A stretch of 20,453 nt of DNA from the IMG/VR virus record IMGVR_UViG_2695420718_000008, one strand, 5' to 3'. The notes under the pieces were generated by a model, which saw only the letters and a program-made list of their open reading frames with translations, made no database searches and was not told the origin of the DNA. Below are positions 1-6,922 of this stretch, one piece after another; position 1 is the stretch's first letter, and every line of letters begins with the position of its first letter. Source of the stretch: a virus (lineage: Duplodnaviria; Heunggongvirae; Uroviricota; Caudoviricetes). The position numbers and the translations under genes are program-made.

Positions 1-216
1 AGGGCAGGGCGGGGTATACCGGGTTTATCCTCGCAGACAAGAAATTTATAAGCGCAGTCCTGAGCAGCCGGATAATGCTCCAGGAATTGCCAGTGAAATT
101 TTGCGCGGGCGCGACGTTCATCACCGGCTTCAATGGCAGTGGCTACAGCGACTGCACCTTCTTCCTTTATTGCCTGTTCGTCCGGAATGGCGGCGCAAAT
201 AAAGACTTTACTCATT
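1..216 (-). CDS. hypothetical prophage protein, 3' end beyond window edge (YdfE-like position downstream of ydfD)
   Basis: Minus-strand frame starting at ATG (plus 216-214) with GAGG about 9 nt upstream, open to the window edge; N-terminus MSKVFICAAIPDEQAIKEEGAVAVATAIEAGDERRARAKF. Absent from the ORF track because no stop lies inside the window. Confidence 0.4.
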
Positions 217-307
217 TTGTTTTACCTCATTACAGATTTAAGGGTGAACAAATCCCTGCCATTGCTGGCATATAAGAATGAAACCGGATATTTATTACGG
301 AACTGTT

Positions 308-499
308 TTAAAGACCTGCCGGGATTTCGTTATTATCCTGGTGAATAACTTTATCGACCGGGTAACAGTTACCGGGAATTTTCTGTTCGGTTGCTGCAGT
401 CACACACTCCTGCATTGTCCTGTGAACACTGACTGCAATATCAACTGGCTCTCCGGAAACAAGAAAAACTGTCAGAACAAGTGCAAATGCTGTATTCAT
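308..499 (-). CDS. ydfD: YdfD-like small protein with hydrophobic N-terminus (DicB-operon lysis protein family)
   Basis: Within track ORF 308..553; internal start MNTAFALVLTVFLVSGEPVDIAV... gives 63 aa, and this ATG overlaps the dicB stop in an ATGA arrangement. Sequence matches my recollection of E. coli YdfD. Confidence 0.55.
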   Translation of the reverse strand: MNTAFALVLTVFLVSGEPVDIAVSVHRTMQECVTAATEQKIPGNCYPVDKVIHQDNNEIPAGL

Positions 500-684
500 T
501 GCCAGCATCCTTTTTGTATCGGACGTAAACGGGCCAGCATTGAAAGAATGCATATTTTATTTAATAACTCCCGTTCGTGTTTTCTCTTGTTAATGGCATC
601 TTCAGTAAATACAGGGTTACTGATAGTGACACCAATTTCAAAACAACCTTCAGACGTATTAACGTTTGGTAATAACGTTTCCAT
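496..684 (-). CDS. dicB: cell division inhibitor DicB
   Basis: 62-aa product METLLPNVNTSEGCFEIGVTISNPVFTEDAINKRKHERELLNKICILSMLARLRPIQKGCWQ is near-identical to my recollection of Qin prophage DicB; lies downstream of a dicF-like sequence on the same strand. Confidence 0.85.
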   Translation of the reverse strand: METLLPNVNTSEGCFEIGVTISNPVFTEDAINKRKHERELLNKICILSMLARLRPIQKGCWQ

Positions 685-863
685 TATCGCGTCCTCAACA
701 ATGAATTTTGTGATGCAGTGCCTGGTGCCTCCAGGTGACGTTAACCAGTTAACAATTAACGCCGGGTTAGTTGATGCTCGTTACGCCCGTAAAATACCGC
801 CTTACTGCTTTAACTGTTCCGCGTGCGCATAGCCGCATTCACCGCATCACAAAATTCACTTTA

Positions 864-920
864 AAAAGGGCGGCAGAGCAGTCACGGAGTAAAACTGATA
901 CCGCCAAATGTCACCAGAAA
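864..920 (-). ncRNA. dicF: DicF small RNA (ftsZ-targeting sRNA processed from the dicB operon transcript)
   Basis: Reverse complement of 864-920 reads TTTCTGGTGACATTTGGCGGTATCAGTTTTACTCCGTGACTGCTCTGCCGCCCTTTT, matching the remembered DicF sequence including the GGCGG/CCGCC stem and 3' U-run; sits between ydfC and dicB as in Qin. Ends are approximate. Confidence 0.7.
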
Positions 921-1255
921 ATTGATAACAGAGGGCGTTGTAGCGGGGTTGTCACTTAAGCGTATGGTCAACCTGACAACCCGGTGCATTTTCTGGAGCA
1001 ATGGAGGAAACCCCAGCCATACTTACCGCCGCGCCATTTCGCGGAGTGCCACAACCGGAAGCGCACGGTCGAACTAAATTTAACGACACCGTACAGAGAG
1101 ACCAATTTCGCCGTGCGCTTTCGCGTTATGCCCTGACTTTTCAGGGACATATCCTTTCAGTAAACTGTCAGTGCCGGATGCTCACCCGTGTCCGGCGCAC
1201 GCACTCCACCTGACCAGTGGAGAACTCCTTAATTACCAACCCTCAGGAGGGTGAA

Positions 1256-1534
1256 ATGGATAAAAAGCAAATTGAGGCCCTGCAATCTATTATTGAAGAA
1301 CAAGATGAAGCTATCAGGATTCTTTCATATCGCACTGATATGATACTAAATATGCTTTCTGCATTAACGGCTGCGCTTGGTGGTACAAAAACAAACGTAT
1401 ACCGCGAAGTTGTTATTCAACAGATAGATAAATTTGAAAAAACCATACCAGGTATTAATGCTCATCTTGCAGAACAAGAGAAAGACCATGCTCTTATGGC
1501 AATTTCTTCAGTAGCTCTCCCGAAAGTTGAGTAG
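1256..1534 (+). CDS. hypothetical protein (92 aa), AT-rich, convergent with the 133-aa minus-strand gene
   Basis: ATG at 1256 preceded by AGGAGG (CAGGAGGGTGAAATG); product MDKKQIEALQSIIEEQDEAIRILSYRTDMILNMLSALTAALGG...; low GC relative to flanks; oriented against the surrounding leftward operon. Confidence 0.45.
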   Translation: MDKKQIEALQSIIEEQDEAIRILSYRTDMILNMLSALTAALGGTKTNVYREVVIQQIDKFEKTIPGINAHLAEQEKDHALMAISSVALPKVE

Positions 1535-1895
1535 TTTTAATTGTTGTTTTGAAATAATCACTGCTTTCACATTTGAGTGATTTCATGGCAATCCAAATGC
1601 GGGCCTCTGTGCCTGCATTTGGTTCCAGTTGCTGTAGACGTTTTGCGTCTTCCAAAAGTAAGGCGATAATGTGTTTCAGCTTCTCATCATTTGCTTGATT
1701 CTTGTTTTCAGGCGAATTCTGTCCGCCGAATAGGCGCTTCTCTTCATACAGACCTATAAAGGCACGACGCACGTTACCGGATATAGTATCGATGGTTTCC
1801 TTTTCTACAGTACTCAGGTCAAGAGTCGCCAGTTGAGAGCGAATCACATTCGCTGCCATTTCCTGGAATGGCATTGGTAAATCTTTAAATTCCAT
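1494..1895 (-). CDS. hypothetical protein (133 aa) inserted in the dicB operon between ydfC and dicF
   Basis: Track ORF on the minus strand; product MEFKDLPMPFQEMAANVIRSQLATLDLSTVEKETIDTISGNVRRAF...; AT-rich; same strand as the operon. No family recognised. Confidence 0.5.
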   Translation of the reverse strand: MEFKDLPMPFQEMAANVIRSQLATLDLSTVEKETIDTISGNVRRAFIGLYEEKRLFGGQNSPENKNQANDEKLKHIIALLLEDAKRLQQLEPNAGTEARIWIAMKSLKCESSDYFKTTIKTTQLSGELLKKLP

Positions 1896-1917
1896 TATTA
1901 GCCTCGTTGGTTAGCTA

Positions 1918-2136
1918 TTAACGTGGGTATGTAACCATTCTGGCAATGCTTAATGCCGCTGCTTTTTCCAGCCTGGTGATATCCTGCTCCAGAGCGGACA
2001 GATTTTCAGCCTGCTTAGTCCTGGCTTCATTGGCCCATTTCAGATCCTGCACTGCATTAATTTTCTGGCGCATCCACTCATAAAGTTCATCATCGGTATA
2101 GTCTGGCGCGATGATGACGGGTTCTCGTTTCTGCAT
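1918..2136 (-). CDS. ydfC: YdfC-like prophage protein (72 aa)
   Basis: Track ORF, 72 aa (MQKREPVIIAPDYTDDELYEWMRQKINAVQDLKWANEARTKQAENLSALEQ...); position, size and strand match ydfC of the Qin dicB operon. Confidence 0.6.
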   Translation of the reverse strand: MQKREPVIIAPDYTDDELYEWMRQKINAVQDLKWANEARTKQAENLSALEQDITRLEKAAALSIARMVTYPR

Positions 2137-2165
2137 ACTGATTCCTCGCGGTGCTGTTTCGCTTA

Positions 2166-2294
2166 TCAGCCGTTAGATTTTCCCGAACTGGAAAGCGCCT
2201 GTTTAAATTCACTGAAGCTGAGAGCTTCTTCGCCTTCGGCAAGACCATCGAAGTATTCTTCGTAAGCCTTTTCCATGATTGTGTCGAAATCCAT
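2166..2294 (-). CDS. ydfB: YdfB-like small protein (42 aa)
   Basis: Hand translation of the minus strand gives MDFDTIMEKAYEEYFDGLAEGEEALSFSEFKQALSSSGKSNG; its ATG sits 1 nt after the ydfA stop. Not in the ORF track (too short). Confidence 0.55.
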   Translation of the reverse strand: MDFDTIMEKAYEEYFDGLAEGEEALSFSEFKQALSSSGKSNG

Positions 2295-2295
2295 A

Positions 2296-2451
2296 TCACT
2301 CACCTGAGTTTCTTTCCAGCCAGCGACGGGCACCATTTTCGGTTTTAAACGTTTTGCTTTTGGTATACGTCATCGCGGTGAATGTGCCGTCCTGGTTGGG
2401 AAACACGCCGTACACCAGAGATTCGTTGTTGCCAAGCTCGATAGTATCCAT
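2296..2451 (-). CDS. ydfA: YdfA/YdaF-like small protein (51 aa)
   Basis: Hand translation of the minus strand gives MDTIELGNNESLVYGVFPNQDGTFTAMTYTKSKTFKTENGARRWLERNSGE; matches my recollection of E. coli YdfA; first gene of the leftward operon. Confidence 0.6.
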   Translation of the reverse strand: MDTIELGNNESLVYGVFPNQDGTFTAMTYTKSKTFKTENGARRWLERNSGE

Positions 2452-2647
2452 GCTGACCTCATTTCCCCTTAACGCCGGGTGGCGGAACTAAAACCTACAG
2501 CGCCGTGCTGTTCTTGATAGAAATATTAGTAACGCGGATATTTTAAGTCAACAGTATGGCGTATGATATTTTTGTTTTGGTAACTATGTAAATGTTTTTT
2601 CAAGGGAAAAATATTAGTTATACAGCTGATTTGCAGAAGTTATGGCA

Positions 2648-2679
2648 CAAAAAAACCGACTAAGACGTCGGTTTTTTTG
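2648..2679. terminator. bidirectional rho-independent terminator between the repressor gene and the dicB-like operon
   Basis: A-run, then stem ACCGAC (2655-2660) / GTCGGT (2667-2672) with 6-nt loop, then T-run; lies immediately 3' of the repressor CDS on the minus strand. Confidence 0.6.
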
Positions 2680-2704
2680 TTGTGGATGGGGTAGTGAGCG
2701 GTGG

Positions 2705-3166
2705 CTACTGGTTACGTTTCTTTAGTGCCAGCATGTTCTCGAAGGCTTCCTCGTAGAGCTTGTTTAGTCCACGTAGCTGGTTAAGGAGTTTGGCTTTTTC
2801 TGACGCAGGTAGAATCTCGAAGAGGTTAAGTAACTCTGCCTGTTCTTCATTGACCAGCCTCCATCCTTTGCCTGAAAAGTTATCATCATAAGTATCTGAT
2901 GATCTTACATAATTCATTAAGTCTTTAAGGTCTTCTCGAATGTCCTCTGGTTTTACCTTTAACAGAGCCGCAAATTTTAGCGCAGCGTCGGTATTTACCG
3001 GTATCTTGCCGTTCAGATACTGGCTAACGGTGCCTTGAGATTCGAATCCCAACAACTCAGCCGCCAGCTCTTGAGTCAGCTTCAGCTCTTTTTTTCTTGC
3101 ATTCCATGCGGCTTTTAAATTCTTGCTCGCTTCTGGAGTTGCAATCACTTCGCGTGTTTTTTTCAT
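2705..3166 (-). CDS. prophage repressor, DicA/RacR-like (N-terminal XRE-type HTH)
   Basis: 153-aa product with HTH-like segment LTQELAAELLGFESQGTVSQYLNGK; divergent from the cro-like gene across a 107-bp intergenic region holding a palindrome; C-terminal region resembles DicA. Confidence 0.7.
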   Translation of the reverse strand: MKKTREVIATPEASKNLKAAWNARKKELKLTQELAAELLGFESQGTVSQYLNGKIPVNTDAALKFAALLKVKPEDIREDLKDLMNYVRSSDTYDDNFSGKGWRLVNEEQAELLNLFEILPASEKAKLLNQLRGLNKLYEEAFENMLALKKRNQ

Positions 3167-3214
3167 ACATAGAGTTTATTTGTTTTACCAATATTATCAA
3201 AGATAGTCTGGCTA

Positions 3215-3243
3215 TTGATCTTTAAAATTAGCGGGGCTAATAT
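3215..3243 (+). promoter_or_regulatory. putative sigma70 promoter (PR-like) for the cro-like gene, overlapping a palindromic candidate operator
   Basis: TTGATC (3215-3220), 17-nt spacer, TAATAT (3238-3243); palindrome ATTAGC-ggg-GCTAAT at 3227-3241 overlaps the spacer and -10. Confidence 0.35.
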
Positions 3244-3273
3244 TTGCTCGAGGCATAACGTAGAAGGTTGGCT

Positions 3274-3549
3274 ATGAACTTAAGAGACTATTTAAAAGAG
3301 AAACATATCACCCAGCTACAGTTTGGGAAGCTAACGGGTTTATCTCAGGTGCATGTAAGTCGAGTGCTGGGGGGCTATGAAAGATTCAGCCCTGAAAAAG
3401 CATTACGTGTTGCTGAAGTAACGAATTTCGAGGTTACACCTCATGAACTCCGGCCTGATATTTACCCGAATCCAACCGACGGCTTACCTGTTGGATTCAA
3501 GGCTAACACACCAAATGCATCGGAGTTGATTCATGAAAATCAGGCATGA
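3274..3549 (+). CDS. Cro/YdaS-like HTH protein
   Basis: ATG at 3274 with AAGG upstream (the track starts at an upstream TTG, 3268); product MNLRDYLKEKHITQLQFGKLTGLSQVHVSRVLGGYERFS has an HTH pattern; divergent from the repressor. Confidence 0.6.
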   Translation: MNLRDYLKEKHITQLQFGKLTGLSQVHVSRVLGGYERFSPEKALRVAEVTNFEVTPHELRPDIYPNPTDGLPVGFKANTPNASELIHENQA

Positions 3550-3958
3550 GCACATCCGCATGGCGATGAATGCCTGGGCGCATCCGGACGGTGAAAAAGT
3601 TCCGGCAGCTGAAATAACCCGGGCTTATTTTGAGCTTGGTATGACGTTCCCGGAATTATATGACGACAGCCATCCGGAAGCCCTGGCTCGCAATACCCAG
3701 AAAATTTTCCGCTGGGTGGAGAAAGACACTCCTGATGCGGTTAAAAAAATTCAGGCGTTGTTACCAGCGATCGAAAAAGCAATGCCGCCTCTGCTGGTGG
3801 CCCGAATGCGCAGCCACAGTTCAGCTTATTTTCGGGAGCTGGTGGAGACGCGGGAACGACTGGTGAGAGACGCTGATGATTTTGTCGCAGTGGCGATCGC
3901 TGGTTTCAACCAGATGAATCGTGGTGGCCCTGCAGGAAATATTGTGGCTGTGCATTGA
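3533..3958 (+). CDS. YdaT-like prophage protein (cII position)
   Basis: 141-aa product MKIRHEHIRMAMNAWAHPDGEKVPAAEITRAYFELGMTFPE... resembles my recollection of Rac YdaT; GGAG 7 nt upstream; overlaps the end of the cro-like gene. Confidence 0.55.
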   Translation: MKIRHEHIRMAMNAWAHPDGEKVPAAEITRAYFELGMTFPELYDDSHPEALARNTQKIFRWVEKDTPDAVKKIQALLPAIEKAMPPLLVARMRSHSSAYFRELVETRERLVRDADDFVAVAIAGFNQMNRGGPAGNIVAVH

Positions 3959-4029
3959 CTCGCAATATTCATACCGGATCACTTCCGGCAATTTGTGAGT
4001 AAAAAGATTCGGTATCAGAAGAGGTGAGT

Positions 4030-5070
4030 ATGGCTAACGCCTGGCTCAGATTATGGCATGACATGCCAAATGACCCTAAGTGGCGAACAATTGCCAGGGT
4101 GTCAGGGCAGCCAATTGCAACAGTGATGGCAGTGTATATCCACCTTCTGGTGAGCGCGTCACGAAATGTCACGACATGTCACGGCGTGTCACTACGTGGT
4201 CACATTGATGTCACGACGGAAGATTTAGCAAGTGCGCTTGATGTGACGGAAGAAGTAATTGATTCAATTTTACAGGCAATGCAGGGGCGGGTACTTGATG
4301 GAGATTTAATCACCGGATGGGAAAAACGCCAGGTACTGAAAGAGGACAATGGCAACGTTTCACAAACCGCGAAATCCCCGGCAGAGCGCAAGAGAGCGCA
4401 GCGCGAGAGGGAAAAATTACGAAAACAGAATGAGGGGTGTCACGACGAGTCACGCATATGTCACGACATGTCACGACGAGTCACGACAGATAAAGATACA
4501 GATAAAGAATTAAACCCCACACATAACGCGCACGTGCGCGAGAGTGCTCCGACCAGTGAGTCGAGTGGTACGCCGTTGCAGGCAGCAGAACCTGCATCCC
4601 TGGATGGACTGAGCGAACCCATCGGGAAATTTCCGATGGTCGATGACTGGCATCCGTCGCCGGATTTTCGACGACGGGCTGCGTTGTGGGGGATGGCTTT
4701 GCCGGAGCCGGAATTTACACCTGCTGAACTTGCCGCTTTCCGGGACTACTGGGCAGCGGAGGGGAAAGTTTTCACGCAGGTTCAGTGGGAGCAGAAATTC
4801 GCCCGTCACGTAAATCACGTCAGGGCGCAGGTTAAGCCAGTCAGCAAGGGGGTAAACCATGCAGCAGCACCAGGTGGCACCGCATCACGGGCAGTTCAGG
4901 AAATTCGGGCAGCACGTGAGCAGTGGGAACGTGAAAACGGATTTATCAGCGACGGAAACGGTCTGGAAGCTGTGGGAACTCATGGGGGAGGTTTATTCGA
5001 ACCGCTGGACCCAGAAGAACGGGGCCGCACCTTCGAAGCTCTGGATTGCACAGATTGGCGCGATGACTGA
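4030..5070 (+). CDS. replication initiator (lambda O-like) containing the origin iterons
   Basis: Track ORF 4024..5070 (GTG at 4024, ATG at 4030); two arrays of 10-bp-periodic TCACGAC repeats plus an AT-rich tract lie inside the frame, as in lambda O/ori. The 3' 210 nt overlap the P-like gene out of frame. Confidence 0.65.
   Translation: MANAWLRLWHDMPNDPKWRTIARVSGQPIATVMAVYIHLLVSASRNVTTCHGVSLRGHIDVTTEDLASALDVTEEVIDSILQAMQGRVLDGDLITGWEKRQVLKEDNGNVSQTAKSPAERKRAQREREKLRKQNEGCHDESRICHDMSRRVTTDKDTDKELNPTHNAHVRESAPTSESSGTPLQAAEPASLDGLSEPIGKFPMVDDWHPSPDFRRRAALWGMALPEPEFTPAELAAFRDYWAAEGKVFTQVQWEQKFARHVNHVRAQVKPVSKGVNHAAAPGGTASRAVQEIRAAREQWERENGFISDGNGLEAVGTHGGGLFEPLDPEERGRTFEALDCTDWRDD
4158..4219. 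repeat. iteron array 1 (about 6 copies of GTCACGAC-like 10-bp repeats)
   Basis: GTCACGAAAT, GTCACGACAT, GTCACGGCGT, GTCACTACGT, GGTCACATTGAT, GTCACGACGG at about 10-bp spacing. Confidence 0.6.
4439..4489. repeat. iteron array 2 (5 copies of GTCACGAC) followed by an AT-rich tract: candidate origin core
   Basis: GTCACGACGA, GTCACGCATA, GTCACGACAT, GTCACGACGA, GTCACGACAG at 10-bp phase, then ATAAAGATACAGATAAAGAATTAAA (4490-4514). Confidence 0.65.
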
Positions 5071-5524
5071 GCAGCAAATCCGACAGGTCTGCCGCCAGTG
5101 CATGGACCGCTGCCGGGCGGGTGAAACATGGCCTCCGGACCTGGCTGAGTTTGTGGCGCTGATTTCAGAAAGCGGGGCCAATCCATTTGGCCTGACGGTG
5201 GATGCTGTGATGGAGGAGTACCGCCGCTGGCGTGATGAGTCCTGGCGATATGACGGAAGCGACAAATATCCGTGGCCTCAGCCTGTGCTGTACCACATCT
5301 GCCTCGAAATGCGTACCAGAGGGATTGAGCGCCAGATGACGCAGGGTGAGTTAAAACGACTTGCGGAACGGCAACTGACGAAATGGGCAAAGCATGTTGG
5401 TAACGGGATGAGTGTTCCGCCAGTGCGACGACAACTGGAAGGGGCGAAACACCCGCAAGGGCCAACGCCAATTGAACGGCTGAAACAGGAATACGAACGC
5501 CGGAAGGCAGCTGGTTTTATTTGA
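4859..5524 (+). CDS. replication protein, lambda P-like (helicase loader family)
   Basis: ATG at 4859 with AAGGGGG upstream; 221 aa; two segments (AEFVAL and YPWPQP...GELKRLAERQL) resemble remembered lambda P segments (GQFVAWC and YPWKSN...AELRRKAADEL). An alternative start at 5063 is coupled to the O-like stop. Confidence 0.55.
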   Translation: MQQHQVAPHHGQFRKFGQHVSSGNVKTDLSATETVWKLWELMGEVYSNRWTQKNGAAPSKLWIAQIGAMTEQQIRQVCRQCMDRCRAGETWPPDLAEFVALISESGANPFGLTVDAVMEEYRRWRDESWRYDGSDKYPWPQPVLYHICLEMRTRGIERQMTQGELKRLAERQLTKWAKHVGNGMSVPPVRRQLEGAKHPQGPTPIERLKQEYERRKAAGFI

Positions 5525-5557
5525 ATCTGAGAAACGATTTTGTCGGAGGAAATTTTA

Positions 5558-6328
5558 ATGGAAACCGTATTTGACGCACTGAAAGCAATGGGAAAAGCCA
5601 CATCGGTAGAACTGGCCGCGCGACTTGATATCAGTCGTGAAGAGGTTCTCAACGAGCTGTGGGAACTCAAAAGAAAAGGCGTCGTTGATAAAACTGGTCA
5701 CACCTGGTTTCTGGCTGGCGAAGGTGAATCCCGGGTAACCGAAGAGCGGCCAGTAAAATCTGAAGCACAGGATATGCTGACCGGGGAGGTCGAACAAAAA
5801 GTTACCGCAGACATGATGATTGAGTTTATCGGTCAGGATGGGGCTAAAACGTGTGAGGAACTGGCGGGTAAGTTCGGTGTCAGTACTCGCAAGGTTGCTT
5901 CCACGCTGGCGGTGGTAACCGCAACGGGGCGGCTGGCACGCGTTAATCAGAACGGTAAATTTCGTTACTGCATGCCGGGCGATAATTTACCAGCAGAGCC
6001 GAAAGCCGCGCTGGTAACGGAAAGTGATGGTAAGGCCTTTCCTCAGCCAGCAGGTGCTGCGTTACCAGTCCGGGAAGCCGCAACACAGGAAGAAATTAAA
6101 ACAGAAACTGTGGCGGACATTGTGCAGCCGTTGCCATCGTTTACCGAAACGCAAGCAGATGAGCTGATTTTTCCGTCCCTTCGCAGGGCAAACCTGGCGC
6201 TGCGCAGGGCGAAAAGTGATGTTCAGAAGTGGGAGCGAGTCTGCGCCGCGCTGCGGGAGCTGAACAAGCACCGGGATATTGTTCGACAGATTACTGATTC
6301 TTCCCGCCGTGTTGTATCGGAAAAGTGA
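5558..6328 (+). CDS. hypothetical nin-region protein with two winged-helix-like segments
   Basis: ATG at 5558 with GGAGG 8 nt upstream (track starts at an upstream TTG); segments [30 protein letters not shown] and [22 protein letters not shown] look like wHTH motifs. Confidence 0.5.
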   Translation: METVFDALKAMGKATSVELAARLDISREEVLNELWELKRKGVVDKTGHTWFLAGEGESRVTEERPVKSEAQDMLTGEVEQKVTADMMIEFIGQDGAKTCEELAGKFGVSTRKVASTLAVVTATGRLARVNQNGKFRYCMPGDNLPAEPKAALVTESDGKAFPQPAGAALPVREAATQEEIKTETVADIVQPLPSFTETQADELIFPSLRRANLALRRAKSDVQKWERVCAALRELNKHRDIVRQITDSSRRVVSEK

Positions 6329-6343
6329 TTGCCGGAGGCGCTT

Positions 6344-6769
6344 ATGGCAAAAGTATTTACACAAGAAGAGCGGGAAAAAATTAAAGGGCAGGTTGTTGAA
6401 CTTGTACGTCTGAGCGGTCGCGAGACGTTGCGGCAACTGGAAGCCAAGACAGGTGCGACAAGATATCTGATGAGTGTTCTCGCCAGAGAGCTGGTTGCCA
6501 GTGGCGATGTATACAACTCTGGTTACGGGTTATTCCCGTCTGAACAGGCGCGTAAGGACTGGCAAAATGCTCGCAAAAAACTCTCAAGGGCAAAGGTGAA
6601 GAAACCTGCAGTGGTTGATCCGGACCTTATCTGGTCGTTACCAGACGGCGAAATACGCCGCTACGACAGGCGCCTGAATATAATCTGTCGCGAGTGCCGG
6701 AAGAGCGAAGCTATGCAGCGTGTACTGGCATTTTATCAAGGAAATGTTAGGTATTTTAGACGTTACTAG
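6344..6769 (+). CDS. hypothetical protein (141 aa)
   Basis: ATG at 6344 preceded by GGAGG; product MAKVFTQEEREKIKGQVVELVRLSGRETLRQLEAKTGATRYLMSVLAREL...; follows the previous gene after a 16-bp gap. Confidence 0.5.
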   Translation: MAKVFTQEEREKIKGQVVELVRLSGRETLRQLEAKTGATRYLMSVLARELVASGDVYNSGYGLFPSEQARKDWQNARKKLSRAKVKKPAVVDPDLIWSLPDGEIRRYDRRLNIICRECRKSEAMQRVLAFYQGNVRYFRRY

Positions 6770-6922
6770 ATTAAAGAGCATTAGTTCAGATGTGAATTGA
6801 CATTTTCATGGCGCAGGGTAGAGCCAGCGTGGTTGTCCGCTTTGCGTCAAAACCAGATATTACCAGATTTAGACATATATTCCCGATAGCCCTGCTCTGA
6901 TGCTACACTCTGTGCTATTTTC

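Noticed and set aside
64-77. 14-nt string GCAGCCGGATAATG shared between 64-77 and 15278-15291
   Set aside because: A single 14-mer match in a 20-kb window is not clearly beyond chance and has no flanking similarity.
278-832. 184-aa plus-strand ORF overlapping dicB and ydfD
   Set aside because: It lies antisense to two recognisable minus-strand genes; it is the shadow frame of real coding sequence.
968-1213. Track ORFs 968..1150 (-) and 1001..1213 (+) between dicF and the 92-aa gene
   Set aside because: Both are short, have arginine-rich translations and no SD, and overlap each other; the region more likely serves as untranslated spacer in the operon transcript upstream of dicF.
2090-2491. 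Track ORFs 2090..2299 (-), 2151..2348 (+) and 2279..2491 (+)
   Set aside because: They overlap the hand-translated ydfA and ydfB genes in wrong frames or on the wrong strand; the short ydfA and ydfB ORFs match known proteins and are preferred.
4158-4489. Possibility that the TCACGAC repeat clusters are a CRISPR array
   Set aside because: The repeat unit is only about 10 bp with no intervening unique spacers and lies inside an open reading frame; this fits origin iterons, not CRISPR.
4200-5670. Minus-strand ORFs 4200..4391, 4510..4860, 4980..5471, 4993..5265 and 5278..5670 inside the replication genes
   Set aside because: They are antisense to the O-like and P-like genes in GC-rich sequence and have arginine/serine/proline-rich low-complexity translations typical of shadow frames.
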